Translations under genes and position numbers: made by a program
Notes under the pieces: generated by a model
Told to the model about the DNA's origin: nothing
Database searches by the model: none
Seen by the model: only the letters and a program-made list of their open reading frames with translations
Source: Deltaproteobacteria bacterium
GTDB taxonomy: Bacteria > Myxococcota_A > Polyangia > Polyangiales > Sandaracinaceae
DNA: 64,000 nt
NCBI GenBank assembly: GCA_046342295.1
Contig: JBKDQC010000599.1
Coordinates: forward strand, 531 to 64,530
Reading direction: 5' to 3'
Shown here: one piece after another, positions 18,171 to 27,267 of the stretch
Layout: each line of letters starts with the position of its first letter
Numbering within the stretch: the first letter of the stretch is position 1

Positions 18171-18272
18171 GAAGGGTGTGCATCCTCGCAACTGACGCAC
18201 GCGCTGCGGGCGGATCGGTGGTGCGCGGCGAAGACGAGGCGCGGGCCCGCGCCGCAGGGTAGCTTCGGGGGC

Positions 18273-18836
18273 ATGCGGACAAGCGCGCCTCTCCCCTTGG
18301 CCCTCTCGACCGTCGGTCTCTGCCTGCTCGGAGGGTGTGGCGCGGGTGACCCGCGCACGAGCTCCAGCGGCGAGCGCGCGGAGGCGCGGGGCGAGCTCAT
18401 CGCCGAGCCCGCAGACGAGGCCGGCAGCGATCGCGCCTCGAGGGAGGCCGCCGGAGGCCGCGCCGCGTCGTCGTCCGGTGCGGTCGACGACGCGCCGGTC
18501 GCCCTCGAGGCCTCACGGCCACGGCTCACGCTCGTGCGCCTCGCGGACGCGGTCGCGGAGGACGGCCACGGCGAGGCCTCTCTCCGGCCTCGCGCGATCG
18601 CGTTCGACCTCGACGCACGCTTGGTTCCAGCGCGCGCGCTCGACCCAGTCCTTCGCGTCGGCGAGCTCACGCTCCACCACTACAGCCACCCGCGCGTGGG
18701 CACGCTGCGCTTCGTGCTCGACGAAGAGGCCCTGCCACCGGAGGGAGCGGCCGTGTGGGCCCATTACGGCGACGACGAGCGCACGCGCGTCCCCCTCGGC
18801 GCGCTCGAGCGCGCGCACGTCACCGAGGCACCATGA
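18273..18836 (+). CDS. lipoprotein, hypothetical
   Basis: Lipobox LCLLGGC. ATGA overlap with the next gene. Confidence 0.7.
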   Translation: MRTSAPLPLALSTVGLCLLGGCGAGDPRTSSSGERAEARGELIAEPADEAGSDRASREAAGGRAASSSGAVDDAPVALEASRPRLTLVRLADAVAEDGHGEASLRPRAIAFDLDARLVPARALDPVLRVGELTLHHYSHPRVGTLRFVLDEEALPPEGAAVWAHYGDDERTRVPLGALERAHVTEAP

Positions 18837-21472
18837 CGAGACGCTGCGATCTGCGCTCTTTCGGGCGAATCCGTCGGTCGCCGTTCGTCCTCGTCGCGGC
18901 GAGCGTGCTCTCGGCGTACCTCGTCGAAGGCTGCGACTGCGGGGGAGTGAGGCGGCCGGCCTCGTGCGGGATGGAGGGCACACCCCTCGACCAACCCGCG
19001 ATCGAGTGCCCCTCGGAGGTCGACCTCGGCTGCGTGCCCGCGGGCGGGACGACGTTCGCGATCTCCCCCCGCGTCGCGACCTGCGACGGCTCGGAGGCCC
19101 GCGTGGTGTGCGACCCCGCGATCGGCTCGACCGTCTCGGCCGACCGCTCGATGGGGACGTGCACCGCGACCGCGGCGAGCGGCGCGCGCGCGAGCTGCAC
19201 CGTCCGCATCACCGGTCGCACCGACGGCATGCCGCGCCTCGTGTGCGCCGACGATGTCGCGGTCGAGTGCGCAGGCGCGAGCACACCCGCGACGGTCCCC
19301 GACGCGACCGCCTTCGCGAGCTGCAGCGGCGGCGAAGTCGGCGCCGTCACCGACGATCGCAGGAGCGCGGGTTATCCACTCGGCGCCAGCACCGTGAGCT
19401 TCAGGGCCACCGCTGCGGGCCTCTCGTGCACGACCGACGTGGTGGTCCGCGACACGACGCCGCCCACGCTCCGCTGCCCCGCGAGCTCGCGGGTCGTGCG
19501 TACCTCTCCGAGCGATCCGATCACCAGCGCCGAAGTCGTCGCGAGCGACAGCTGCGACGCGAGCCCCGCGATCACGCTCGCGCCGCCGACGCCCGGTGCC
19601 GGGACGACGCGCGTCACGGCGACGGCCACCGACGACGCCGGCCTCACGGCGGGCTGCTCCTTCGACGCGAGCGTGGTCGACCTCTTCGCGCCGACGGAGC
19701 TGCGCATCGTCTCGGCGACGCGGACGTCCGCGGGCGAGACCGACACGACCCTCGGCTGGACTCCGAGCGCCGGCCGGGACGTCGTGCGCGCGCGCCTCGA
19801 GCGCTCGCGCGCGGAGGCCGGCCCCTGGACGACGCTGGCCGAGCTCGACCCGGCCACCATCACCTTCACCGATCGCGCGATGCCTGGCCCCGTCTCGTAC
19901 TACCGCGTCGTCGCGCTCGGGCCGATGGGTGAAGAAGGGGGCGCGAGCGCACCGATTCGCGCCTTCACGATCGCCGCCGACAGCTACGACCTCTCTGGCC
20001 AGCGCGTGCCCGGGATCGCATTCGCGACGAGCCTCTGGGGCACCGTGCGCGCTCCGGTCGGGCTCGAGCTCGGGCCGCATCCGCTCGTGCTCTTGCTCCA
20101 CGGAAACCACGGCAACTGCCGACCGACGAGCGGCGACGACGAGTGCGAGGAGCGCACCGGCGACGCCTGCGAGGACCGTCGCTTCACGACGACACCGAAC
20201 GCCGCGGGCTACGTCTACCTCCAGGACACCCTCGCGGCGCAGGGCTACGTGACCGCGAGCGTCTCGGCCAACGCGCTCAACTGCCGTGAGGTCTTCATCG
20301 CCGAGCGCACGGCGCTCCTCGTCGAGCACCTGCGCCGCTGGCAGCGCTGGGCCACGACGGACGAGCCGCCGTTCATGGGTCGGTACCGCGGCGCGATCGA
20401 CCTCGGAAGCGTCGGGCTCGTCGGCCACTCTCGCGGCGGCGAGGCGGACTCGCAGGTGCCGCAGGCGCTCGCCGCCGAGCCCATCGCGGGCCTCACCGTG
20501 AGCTCGGTGCTCGCGATCGGCCCGACCGACTTCGAGGAGAACGCACCCCAGGGCGCGGCCTACCTCGTGCTCCTTCCGTCGTGTGACGCGGACGTGAGCG
20601 ACCTCCAGGGCGCGCGCATGTACGACCGCGGCCTCCGCGACAGCGACACCTTCACCCGCAGCCAGCTCCTCTTCGTCGGGACGAACCACAATTTCTTCAA
20701 CACCGAGTGGCGTTTCGACGAGAACATGGGCCCGCTGACGGTGTGCCCCGCGAGCGCGCGCATCTCCGCGAGCGCGCAACGCGCAGGCCTCGAGCTCCTG
20801 CTCTCGGACTGGCTCGCGAGCGCCAACGCCCGCACCGCGCCTGCGGCGTACGTGCGGACCGACGCCGAGGCCCCGGCGATCTTCGAGGCCTGGGCTGGCG
20901 GAGCGCTCGACCTGCGCTTCGCCTATGCGCCCGCCTCGCGCCGTACGATCGACGACTTCGGGCGCCCGGGCTTCGCGGCCAACAACCTCGGGGGCGCCAA
21001 CGCCTTCAGCGGCTTCACGGCGAGCCTCGCGTGCACGGGCACGTGCGCGGGCAATTTCACGGCGGTGCGCGATGCCGCCCGCATCGCGTGGGACATGGAC
21101 CCGGCCTCCGCGACCTTCTCGCTCGGGATCTTCGACGCCTCGGCTTACGAGGCGCTCTCGGTGCGCTTCGCCTCGCGGGCCGCGACGATCAACGAGGGCC
21201 TCTCGGAGCATTCTTTCCTCCTCCGGGTGCGCGACGCCGCGGGCGTGAGCGCCGAGGTCCGCGTGGCCGACGTCGGCCGCCTCGCGCACGGCTACGGCGG
21301 CTTCAACCTCCTCGAGGTCCTCACGACCGTGCGTGTGCCCACCGCGCGGCTGCGGGCGCTCGCGCCGACCCTCGACCTCGCCAGGCTCGCGTCCTTCGAG
21401 GTCGCGATGCCCGTGCCGGAGCAAGCCCGCGGCTCGATCTGGATCGCCGACGTCGCCGCCGACCGACCGTAG
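18833..21472 (+). CDS. secreted multidomain alpha/beta hydrolase (HYR/Ig-like repeats + Fn3-like + esterase/lipase domain)
   Basis: Cys-bracketed repeats of about 80 aa read GASTVSFRATAAGLSCTTDVVVRDTTPPTL and GTTRVTATATDDAGLTAGCSFDASVVD. The hydrolase part has LLLHGNHGNC and the nucleophile elbow GHSRGG. Confidence 0.82.
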   Translation: MTRRCDLRSFGRIRRSPFVLVAASVLSAYLVEGCDCGGVRRPASCGMEGTPLDQPAIECPSEVDLGCVPAGGTTFAISPRVATCDGSEARVVCDPAIGSTVSADRSMGTCTATAASGARASCTVRITGRTDGMPRLVCADDVAVECAGASTPATVPDATAFASCSGGEVGAVTDDRRSAGYPLGASTVSFRATAAGLSCTTDVVVRDTTPPTLRCPASSRVVRTSPSDPITSAEVVASDSCDASPAITLAPPTPGAGTTRVTATATDDAGLTAGCSFDASVVDLFAPTELRIVSATRTSAGETDTTLGWTPSAGRDVVRARLERSRAEAGPWTTLAELDPATITFTDRAMPGPVSYYRVVALGPMGEEGGASAPIRAFTIAADSYDLSGQRVPGIAFATSLWGTVRAPVGLELGPHPLVLLLHGNHGNCRPTSGDDECEERTGDACEDRRFTTTPNAAGYVYLQDTLAAQGYVTASVSANALNCREVFIAERTALLVEHLRRWQRWATTDEPPFMGRYRGAIDLGSVGLVGHSRGGEADSQVPQALAAEPIAGLTVSSVLAIGPTDFEENAPQGAAYLVLLPSCDADVSDLQGARMYDRGLRDSDTFTRSQLLFVGTNHNFFNTEWRFDENMGPLTVCPASARISASAQRAGLELLLSDWLASANARTAPAAYVRTDAEAPAIFEAWAGGALDLRFAYAPASRRTIDDFGRPGFAANNLGGANAFSGFTASLACTGTCAGNFTAVRDAARIAWDMDPASATFSLGIFDASAYEALSVRFASRAATINEGLSEHSFLLRVRDAAGVSAEVRVADVGRLAHGYGGFNLLEVLTTVRVPTARLRALAPTLDLARLASFEVAMPVPEQARGSIWIADVAADRP

Positions 21473-21525
21473 CGAGGCGCGGGCCTCACCTGATCGGTTC
21501 GGCGTCGCGGCGCCCCGCCGGCGCC

Positions 21526-22365
21526 TCAGGGCCTCTTCTTCTGGCACGTGCCGCAGAGGTACGTGCTGCGGCCGCCCTGCTCCATCTTCTGGATCGTGGC
21601 GCCGCACACCGGGCAGGGTGCGCCTTCTTTGCGGTAGACGTGGAAGGGGTTGGGCCCGCCGTCGTTCACGTAGACCAGCTCCTGGCTCGGATCGAGGCCT
21701 GCGAGGGTGGTGCCGAGCGTGGTCTCGATGCCCTCGGCGAGCGCGTCCCAGTCCTGGCGCGTGAGGCTCGCCGTGGGTGTCTCCGGATGCAGCCGCGCGA
21801 GGAAGAGCGCCTCGGCCGCGTGGATGTTGCCCAGGCCCGCGAGCTTGGCCTGGTCCATGAGCGCGAGCTTGATCGGCGCGATCGGCAGCTTGCCGCTCTT
21901 GCCGCGGTAGCACGCCGAGAGCGACGCCCCGTCGCGCACGGTGAGCGCGTCGGGCCCGAGCTTGCCGAGGCCCGAGCCGCGGAGGATCTGCGCGTAGGGT
22001 CCCGCGCTCGCACGCGCGAGGCGGCGCGCATCGACGAGCGTCACGCGCGTCTCCACCGTCTGCACCCACCAGCGCGCGAAACGCAGCTCCTCGGTGCTTT
22101 GGCGCGGCCGAACGACGAAGTGGCCCGTCATGCCGAGGTGGAAGAAGAGCCCCACCTCGCCCGAGGGCGAGGCGAGACGCAGGACCACGCTCTTTCCTCG
22201 CCGCTCGGAGCCCAGCAGGCGGGCCCCGACGAGCGCATGCGCGAAGCTCTCGCTTCCTTGCGCGACGACGATCGGGTCGGACGAGCCCGCGCCCGTGATC
22301 ACGCAATCTCCGAGCGCGCGCACAAGGACGCGCCGCGCGTGCTCGACCTCGGGGAGCTCCGGCAT
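21526..22365 (-). CDS. mutM: formamidopyrimidine-DNA glycosylase
   Basis: N-terminal MPELPEVE, LGMTG, GNIHAAEALF, and a C-terminal zinc finger CPVCG...CGTCQ. Confidence 0.93.
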   Translation of the reverse strand: MPELPEVEHARRVLVRALGDCVITGAGSSDPIVVAQGSESFAHALVGARLLGSERRGKSVVLRLASPSGEVGLFFHLGMTGHFVVRPRQSTEELRFARWWVQTVETRVTLVDARRLARASAGPYAQILRGSGLGKLGPDALTVRDGASLSACYRGKSGKLPIAPIKLALMDQAKLAGLGNIHAAEALFLARLHPETPTASLTRQDWDALAEGIETTLGTTLAGLDPSQELVYVNDGGPNPFHVYRKEGAPCPVCGATIQKMEQGGRSTYLCGTCQKKRP

Positions 22366-22464
22366 GCGCCCGAGCATGGCAGCGCGCGACGCGCACGCAC
22401 GCGCGGCCCGCCTCGCGCACGCACGCCTCGCGCGACGGGTCCGGCCTGATAGGTTCGCGCGGCG

Positions 22465-24120
22465 ATGGCCTCCGAACGTCCCGCGCCCTCCCCTCCCGCC
22501 CGCGCGCCGCTCTCGGTGCGTCTGCGGCCCTGGATGATCCTGGCGTTCAGCGCCGTCCTCATGTTCCTCGGCTTCGCGGGCTTCGGTCTCTGGCCGCTCG
22601 CGTTCGTGGGCCTGGTCCCCGCGCTCTACGTCTTCGATCCGACGATGAACGACCACGGCGGCTTCCAGCGACCCGAGGGCCGCGCCTTCTTCTGGCGCGC
22701 TTGGTTCTTCGGCTACGCGAGCTACGTCGGCGGCTTCTACTGGGTCGAGTACACGATCCGCACCTTCGGCGGCTTCCCCCTCGCGGTGAGCTCCTTCTTC
22801 GCCTCTGCGTTCTGGGGCTTCCAGGGCCTCCAATTCGCGCTCGTCGCCTGGCTCTTCGCGCGCGCCCGAGGCCGCGGCTGGCCCACGACGCCCGTGGTCG
22901 TCGCCGCATACCTGGGGGTCGAGGGCGCGTTCCCGCAGCTCTTCGAGCACTACTACGGCAACACCTTCTTTCGGGTGCCCGTGCTCATGCAGGTGGCCGA
23001 CCTCGGGGGCCCCGAGATGTGCACCGCCCTCGCGATGATCGTGAACGGCGCGCTCTACGAGACGCTCGCCGCGCGCCTGCGCGGCCAGCCTCTGCCGCGC
23101 GTCGCGCTAGGTGCGGCCACGGCCTACGTGCTCTTCGCGCTCGGCTACGGAAGCTACCGCCTCTCGAGCGAGGCCGCGCGCGAAGAGAGCGCGGAGACGA
23201 TCCGCATCGCGTCGGTGCAGGCGAACCTCGGCCTCTTCGAGCGCTTCGAGGATCCCTTCGATGGAGTGCGGCGCCAGCGCGCGATGAGCGACGAGCTCGA
23301 AGAGACCGAGCGGCCCGATCTCATCGTGTGGCCGGAGTCTTCGGTGCCGATGTGGATCGACGACCCGCGCACCTTCGCGCGCGTGATCCCCTCGCTCGAG
23401 ACACCCCTCCTCTTCGGTGCGATCCGCCACGGCGAGCACGGGCGCGAGCACAACACGGCGTTCATCACGGACGCGAACCGCCAGATCATCGATCACTACG
23501 ACAAGACCTATCTGCTCGCCTTCGGCGAGTACATCCCGTTCGGCGACACCTTCCCGATCGTCTACGAGATCTCCCCGATGAGCGGGCAGTTCTCGCCGGG
23601 CGAAGACGTCGAGCCGCTGCCGATCCGCTTGCGCGACGGGCGCGAGTACCGGGCGAGCGCGCTCGTCTGCTACGAGGACATCGTGAGCGCGTTCGTGCGC
23701 CGCGCGGTGGGCGAGGGCGATCCGCACGTGCTCCTCAACATGACGGTCGACTCCTGGTTCGGAGACACCCAAGAGCCCTGGGTCCACCTCGCGCTCGCGC
23801 AGTTCCGCGCCGTGGAGCATCGCCGTTGGCTCGTGCGCACGACGGTGACCGGCGTGTCGGCCTTCGTCGACTCCACCGGTCAGCTCCGCGCGCACACGGG
23901 CGTGTTCGAGCCCGCGACGCGCGTGCTGGACGTGCCGATGCTCGCCGGGGCCACGACGCTCTACCAGCTCCTCGGCCCCTGGCCCGGGTGGCTCGGGGCC
24001 CTCTGCATCACCGCGATGTGCTGGCGCAAGCGCACGCTGGGCGAGTCGCGGCCCGACGACGAGCGCTCGGAGAGCGCGGAGAAGCCTTCGCAGCCCGGGG
24101 TCGAGCGCGCGAGCGCTTGA
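22465..24120 (+). CDS. lnt: apolipoprotein N-acyltransferase
   Basis: Multi-TM N-terminal region plus a CN-hydrolase domain: IVWPESS, YDKTYLLAFGEYIPF, LVCYED. Confidence 0.9.
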   Translation: MASERPAPSPPARAPLSVRLRPWMILAFSAVLMFLGFAGFGLWPLAFVGLVPALYVFDPTMNDHGGFQRPEGRAFFWRAWFFGYASYVGGFYWVEYTIRTFGGFPLAVSSFFASAFWGFQGLQFALVAWLFARARGRGWPTTPVVVAAYLGVEGAFPQLFEHYYGNTFFRVPVLMQVADLGGPEMCTALAMIVNGALYETLAARLRGQPLPRVALGAATAYVLFALGYGSYRLSSEAAREESAETIRIASVQANLGLFERFEDPFDGVRRQRAMSDELEETERPDLIVWPESSVPMWIDDPRTFARVIPSLETPLLFGAIRHGEHGREHNTAFITDANRQIIDHYDKTYLLAFGEYIPFGDTFPIVYEISPMSGQFSPGEDVEPLPIRLRDGREYRASALVCYEDIVSAFVRRAVGEGDPHVLLNMTVDSWFGDTQEPWVHLALAQFRAVEHRRWLVRTTVTGVSAFVDSTGQLRAHTGVFEPATRVLDVPMLAGATTLYQLLGPWPGWLGALCITAMCWRKRTLGESRPDDERSESAEKPSQPGVERASA

Positions 24121-24151
24121 GGCTCCTGCCGACCGGCGACACGCTGCGCGC

Positions 24152-25264
24152 ATGACGCGTGCCCGCAACTGGAGGCCCCTCGTGATCCTGGCGACGCTCT
24201 CGCTCAGCCCCGCGTGCGACTGCGGCGCGAGCGAGCCGGCCTTCACCGGCGCGCCGCCCCCGGCCGCCGAGCCTGCACCGCGCGGAGACGAGACGATCCC
24301 CGGCGCGGTCGACGCGCGTGCGCTCGCGCCCGCGACGCGGAGCGACCTGCCCGCGGCGACCCCCGCGATCACCGTCGTCGTCGAGGGGCGCCGGCTCGTG
24401 GTGACGAACGAGGCCCTCGTCGCCACCTGGCCCCCGGGCGACCGCGAGCGTCTCGCGGCGGCGCCGCGCCCGGGCGCCCCCGAGCGCTGGCCCGCGATCC
24501 GCGTCGAGGTCGAGCTGCCCGAGGACGCACCGCTGCGCGTGCCTGCGCTCGTCGAGGCTCTCACCGCGGCCCTCGACGCCGAGCGAGCCCGCTCGGGCGC
24601 CGGCGCGCCCACCGCGGTCGCCCTGCGCATCACGGGCGTCTCGCCGTGGCTCGGCGTCGAGCGCGCGCTCTATGCCGCGGGCATGGCCGGGCTGAGTGAG
24701 CCCCGGCTCGTGCTCTCGAGCGGCCGAGACGAAGTCGAGCTGCGGTTGCCCCTACCCCGCACGCGAGGCGCGGCGCTGACGGGACCGCTCGCCGGGCGCG
24801 ACCCGGCCGAGGTCGTCGCCGCGATCCAGGGTGCGCTCGCGCAGGCGCGGGGAGCCCCCGTCGCGCCCGGTCCGCCGCGCGCCGAGGTCGCGCCCGCGGT
24901 CGTCGAGGGCGCCTCCGCGCTCGAGGCGCCGCGCGGGGAGCCCCCCACGCGCGACGCGAGCCGCGTCCTCGTCGCGCTCGGCGCAGACGGTCTCACGGTC
25001 GTTCGCGGCGAACAGCGCCTCGGCGCGGGATGCCAGCGCCCCGCGATCGGCCCGATGCCCTCGCTTCCTTCGGCCAGCATCTCGCGGCAGAGCGTGCGGG
25101 ATTGCCTCCTCGTCGCGGGTGCGACGAGCCACCCCTACGGCTTCGAGGCCGAGCCCGAGATCACCTTCGCGCGCATCGCCCCGATCCTCGAAGTGCTCGA
25201 CGAGATCGGCACGGTCTCGATCGGCATGCGCTCGGCAGACACCAGCGAGGCCGGGGCCGAGTAG
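24152..25264 (+). CDS. lipoprotein, hypothetical
   Basis: Signal peptide with LSLSPAC lipobox; Ala/Pro-rich but a consistent frame. Confidence 0.65.
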   Translation: MTRARNWRPLVILATLSLSPACDCGASEPAFTGAPPPAAEPAPRGDETIPGAVDARALAPATRSDLPAATPAITVVVEGRRLVVTNEALVATWPPGDRERLAAAPRPGAPERWPAIRVEVELPEDAPLRVPALVEALTAALDAERARSGAGAPTAVALRITGVSPWLGVERALYAAGMAGLSEPRLVLSSGRDEVELRLPLPRTRGAALTGPLAGRDPAEVVAAIQGALAQARGAPVAPGPPRAEVAPAVVEGASALEAPRGEPPTRDASRVLVALGADGLTVVRGEQRLGAGCQRPAIGPMPSLPSASISRQSVRDCLLVAGATSHPYGFEAEPEITFARIAPILEVLDEIGTVSIGMRSADTSEAGAE

Positions 25265-25297
25265 ACTGCGCCGCGGCGTCAGCCAACAAGGAGTCGT

Positions 25298-26137
25298 GTG
25301 ATGGCGAACAAGCTTCCAGCCCGGGCGCGCTCGGTGGTCACGGGCGCGGGCGACGGCTTCGGCCGAGCGGTCGCGCTCGAGCTCGGACGTCGCGGCGCGC
25401 GCGTCCTCGTCACCGACCTCGACGCGGCGCGGGCCGAGGAGACCGCCGCGCTGCTCGCGGCGCGCGGCACCGAGGCGCACGCGATGCGCGTGGACGTCTC
25501 GGACCCAGAGGCCGTCTCGGCGATGGCGCGTCGCGCGGAGGAGCTGTGGGGCGGCGCGGACGTGCTGGTCAACAACGCCGGCATCGCCGTGGTGGGCGAG
25601 TTCGCTCAGATCCCGCTCGACAAGTGGAAGCTCCAGATCGACATCAACCTCAACGGCGTGATCTACGGCTGCCACCACTTCGTGCCGTTGCTCTCGAGGA
25701 ACGAGGGCGGTGGCTACATCCTGAACGTCGCCTCGAGCGCCGGGCTCCTCTCGGCGCCGCTCATGGCACCGTACAACGTGACCAAGGCCGGCGTGGTGGC
25801 GCTGTCCGAGACTCTGTTCGCGGAGCTCGCGAAGCAGAAGATCCACGTCACCGCCCTCTGCCCGACGTTCTTCCGCACGAACATCCACACGCGCGCCCAG
25901 AGCTTCGGCGGCAACGCGGGCAAGACCACCGACAAGCTCGTCACGGGCGCGAAGTGGAGCGCGGAGGAGATCGCGGTGCACGCGATCGACGGTCTGCTCG
26001 CGCGTCAGCTCTACGTGATCCCCCAGCTCGACGGCAAGCTCATGTGGCACACCAAGCGCGCGCTCGGCGGGCGCTTCCACGCGGGCCTGGGCTACCTCCT
26101 CCGCAGCGGCCTCCTCGACCGACTCGGAGGGCGGTGA
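25298..26137 (+). CDS. SDR family oxidoreductase
   Basis: TGAGDGFGRA, NNAGI, and the S...YNVTKAG catalytic pattern. Confidence 0.9.
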   Translation: MMANKLPARARSVVTGAGDGFGRAVALELGRRGARVLVTDLDAARAEETAALLAARGTEAHAMRVDVSDPEAVSAMARRAEELWGGADVLVNNAGIAVVGEFAQIPLDKWKLQIDINLNGVIYGCHHFVPLLSRNEGGGYILNVASSAGLLSAPLMAPYNVTKAGVVALSETLFAELAKQKIHVTALCPTFFRTNIHTRAQSFGGNAGKTTDKLVTGAKWSAEEIAVHAIDGLLARQLYVIPQLDGKLMWHTKRALGGRFHAGLGYLLRSGLLDRLGGR

Positions 26138-26204
26138 GCCTCGTCGAGGGCGGAAAAGCCTCCGGTGGGAGTTCCTCGTCGGCTCGGCACACCGGCCTTC
26201 ACCG

Positions 26205-27059
26205 TCAGGCCGCGGCGCGCATCGCCGCGAGATCCCCGAGCTGCTCGCGGAGCTTGCCTCGCGCGCGCACCTCGAGCTGCCGCGCGCGCTCGCGCGAGAC
26301 CCCGAGCGTCCTGCCGAGGTCGGCCAGGGAGGCCTCCTCGTCCTGCATGAAGCGCTGCTCGACGATGAAGCGCTCGCGCGGGTCGAGCTTCGCGAGGGCG
26401 GCGTGCAGGCGCTCGTGTGCGATCGAGCTCTGCTCTTCGTGAACGAGCCGGTTCTCGGCGTCGGGCTCGTACGCGGACATCGTGTCGAGCAGCGTGCTCG
26501 ATCCCTCGGCGCCGACAGGGGCGTCCAGGGAGACCGAGCGGAGGTCGAGGTGCTGGAGCATCTGCTCCATCTTCTCCTCCGTCGTGCCCAGGCTCTCGGC
26601 GAGGATCTTCACCCGCTCCGCGCCTTCGATCGACGCCTGCGCGAGGCGGGCGCGCTCGCGGCGCAACCGGAAGAAGACCTTGCTGCGCATCGGCCCTGAT
26701 CCCGCGCCCACGACCGCCGCCGACCGCACGACGAGGTCGAGGATGTACGCGCGGATCCAGAAGCCGGCGTAGCTCACGAAGCGCGTGCCCCGCGTCGGGT
26801 CGAACTTCTGCGACGCGATGAGGAGGCCGATGTTGCCCTCGGCGATCAGGTCCGCGAGGCGGACACCCTTGCGCTGGTGCTGCACCGCGAGCGAGATCAC
26901 GAAGCGGAGGTTCGAGCGCACGAGCAGCTCGCGGGCCGCTGCGTCGCCGGCGGCGGCACGCACGGCGGTGTCGTGCTCGGTCTCGCGGTCGAGCAGCGGG
27001 ATGCGGCGGACGCGCTCGATGTAGCGGGAAAGTCCACGGTCGTCTGAATCCTGACCCAT
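26205..27059 (-). CDS. rpoH: RNA polymerase sigma factor, RpoH (sigma-32)-like
   Basis: Regions 2-4 read NLRFVISLA, EGNIGLLIASQKFDP and FVSYAGFWIRAYI, with the RpoH-box-like SKVFFRLRRE. Confidence 0.85.
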   Translation of the reverse strand: MGQDSDDRGLSRYIERVRRIPLLDRETEHDTAVRAAAGDAAARELLVRSNLRFVISLAVQHQRKGVRLADLIAEGNIGLLIASQKFDPTRGTRFVSYAGFWIRAYILDLVVRSAAVVGAGSGPMRSKVFFRLRRERARLAQASIEGAERVKILAESLGTTEEKMEQMLQHLDLRSVSLDAPVGAEGSSTLLDTMSAYEPDAENRLVHEEQSSIAHERLHAALAKLDPRERFIVEQRFMQDEEASLADLGRTLGVSRERARQLEVRARGKLREQLGDLAAMRAAA

Positions 27060-27204
27060 CGCTCACCTCGGAAGTTCGAAAGACCTCCGGAAGCTGGATC
27101 GATTCTCTGGACACGTCAAATTTTTTTCTAGACCGAACCTAGACGCTACCAACGAAAACATTGAATAAATGTGTAAAGAAACTTCGACAAGACTGTGACA
27201 GTGC

Positions 27205-27239
27205 ACACAAAACCTGGACAAGATCGAGTCTTGTCCAGG
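27205..27239 (-). terminator. rho-independent terminator of the upstream minus-strand operon
   Basis: CCTGGACAAGA-ctcga-TCTTGTCCAGG, a perfect 11-bp stem followed by TTTTGTGTG on the minus strand, 29 nt after the stop at 27268. Confidence 0.7.
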
Positions 27240-27267
27240 TTTCTCGGCGCGTCGCGCTCTCCCGCGT

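Noticed and set aside
18764-22420. The 1218-aa ORF on the minus strand, together with similar giants at 654..2615 (+), 42931..45306 (-), 47901..50165 (+), 57723..59783 (+) and 60630..62246 (-).
   Set aside because: These are shadow ORFs typical of very high GC DNA. Their translations are dominated by Arg/Ala/Gly/Pro/Glu with no family motifs. Each lies antisense or out of frame to a gene with clear conserved motifs: the hydrolase and mutM, kinase 1, tex, the kinase-like gene, the DHS-like gene, and thrC.
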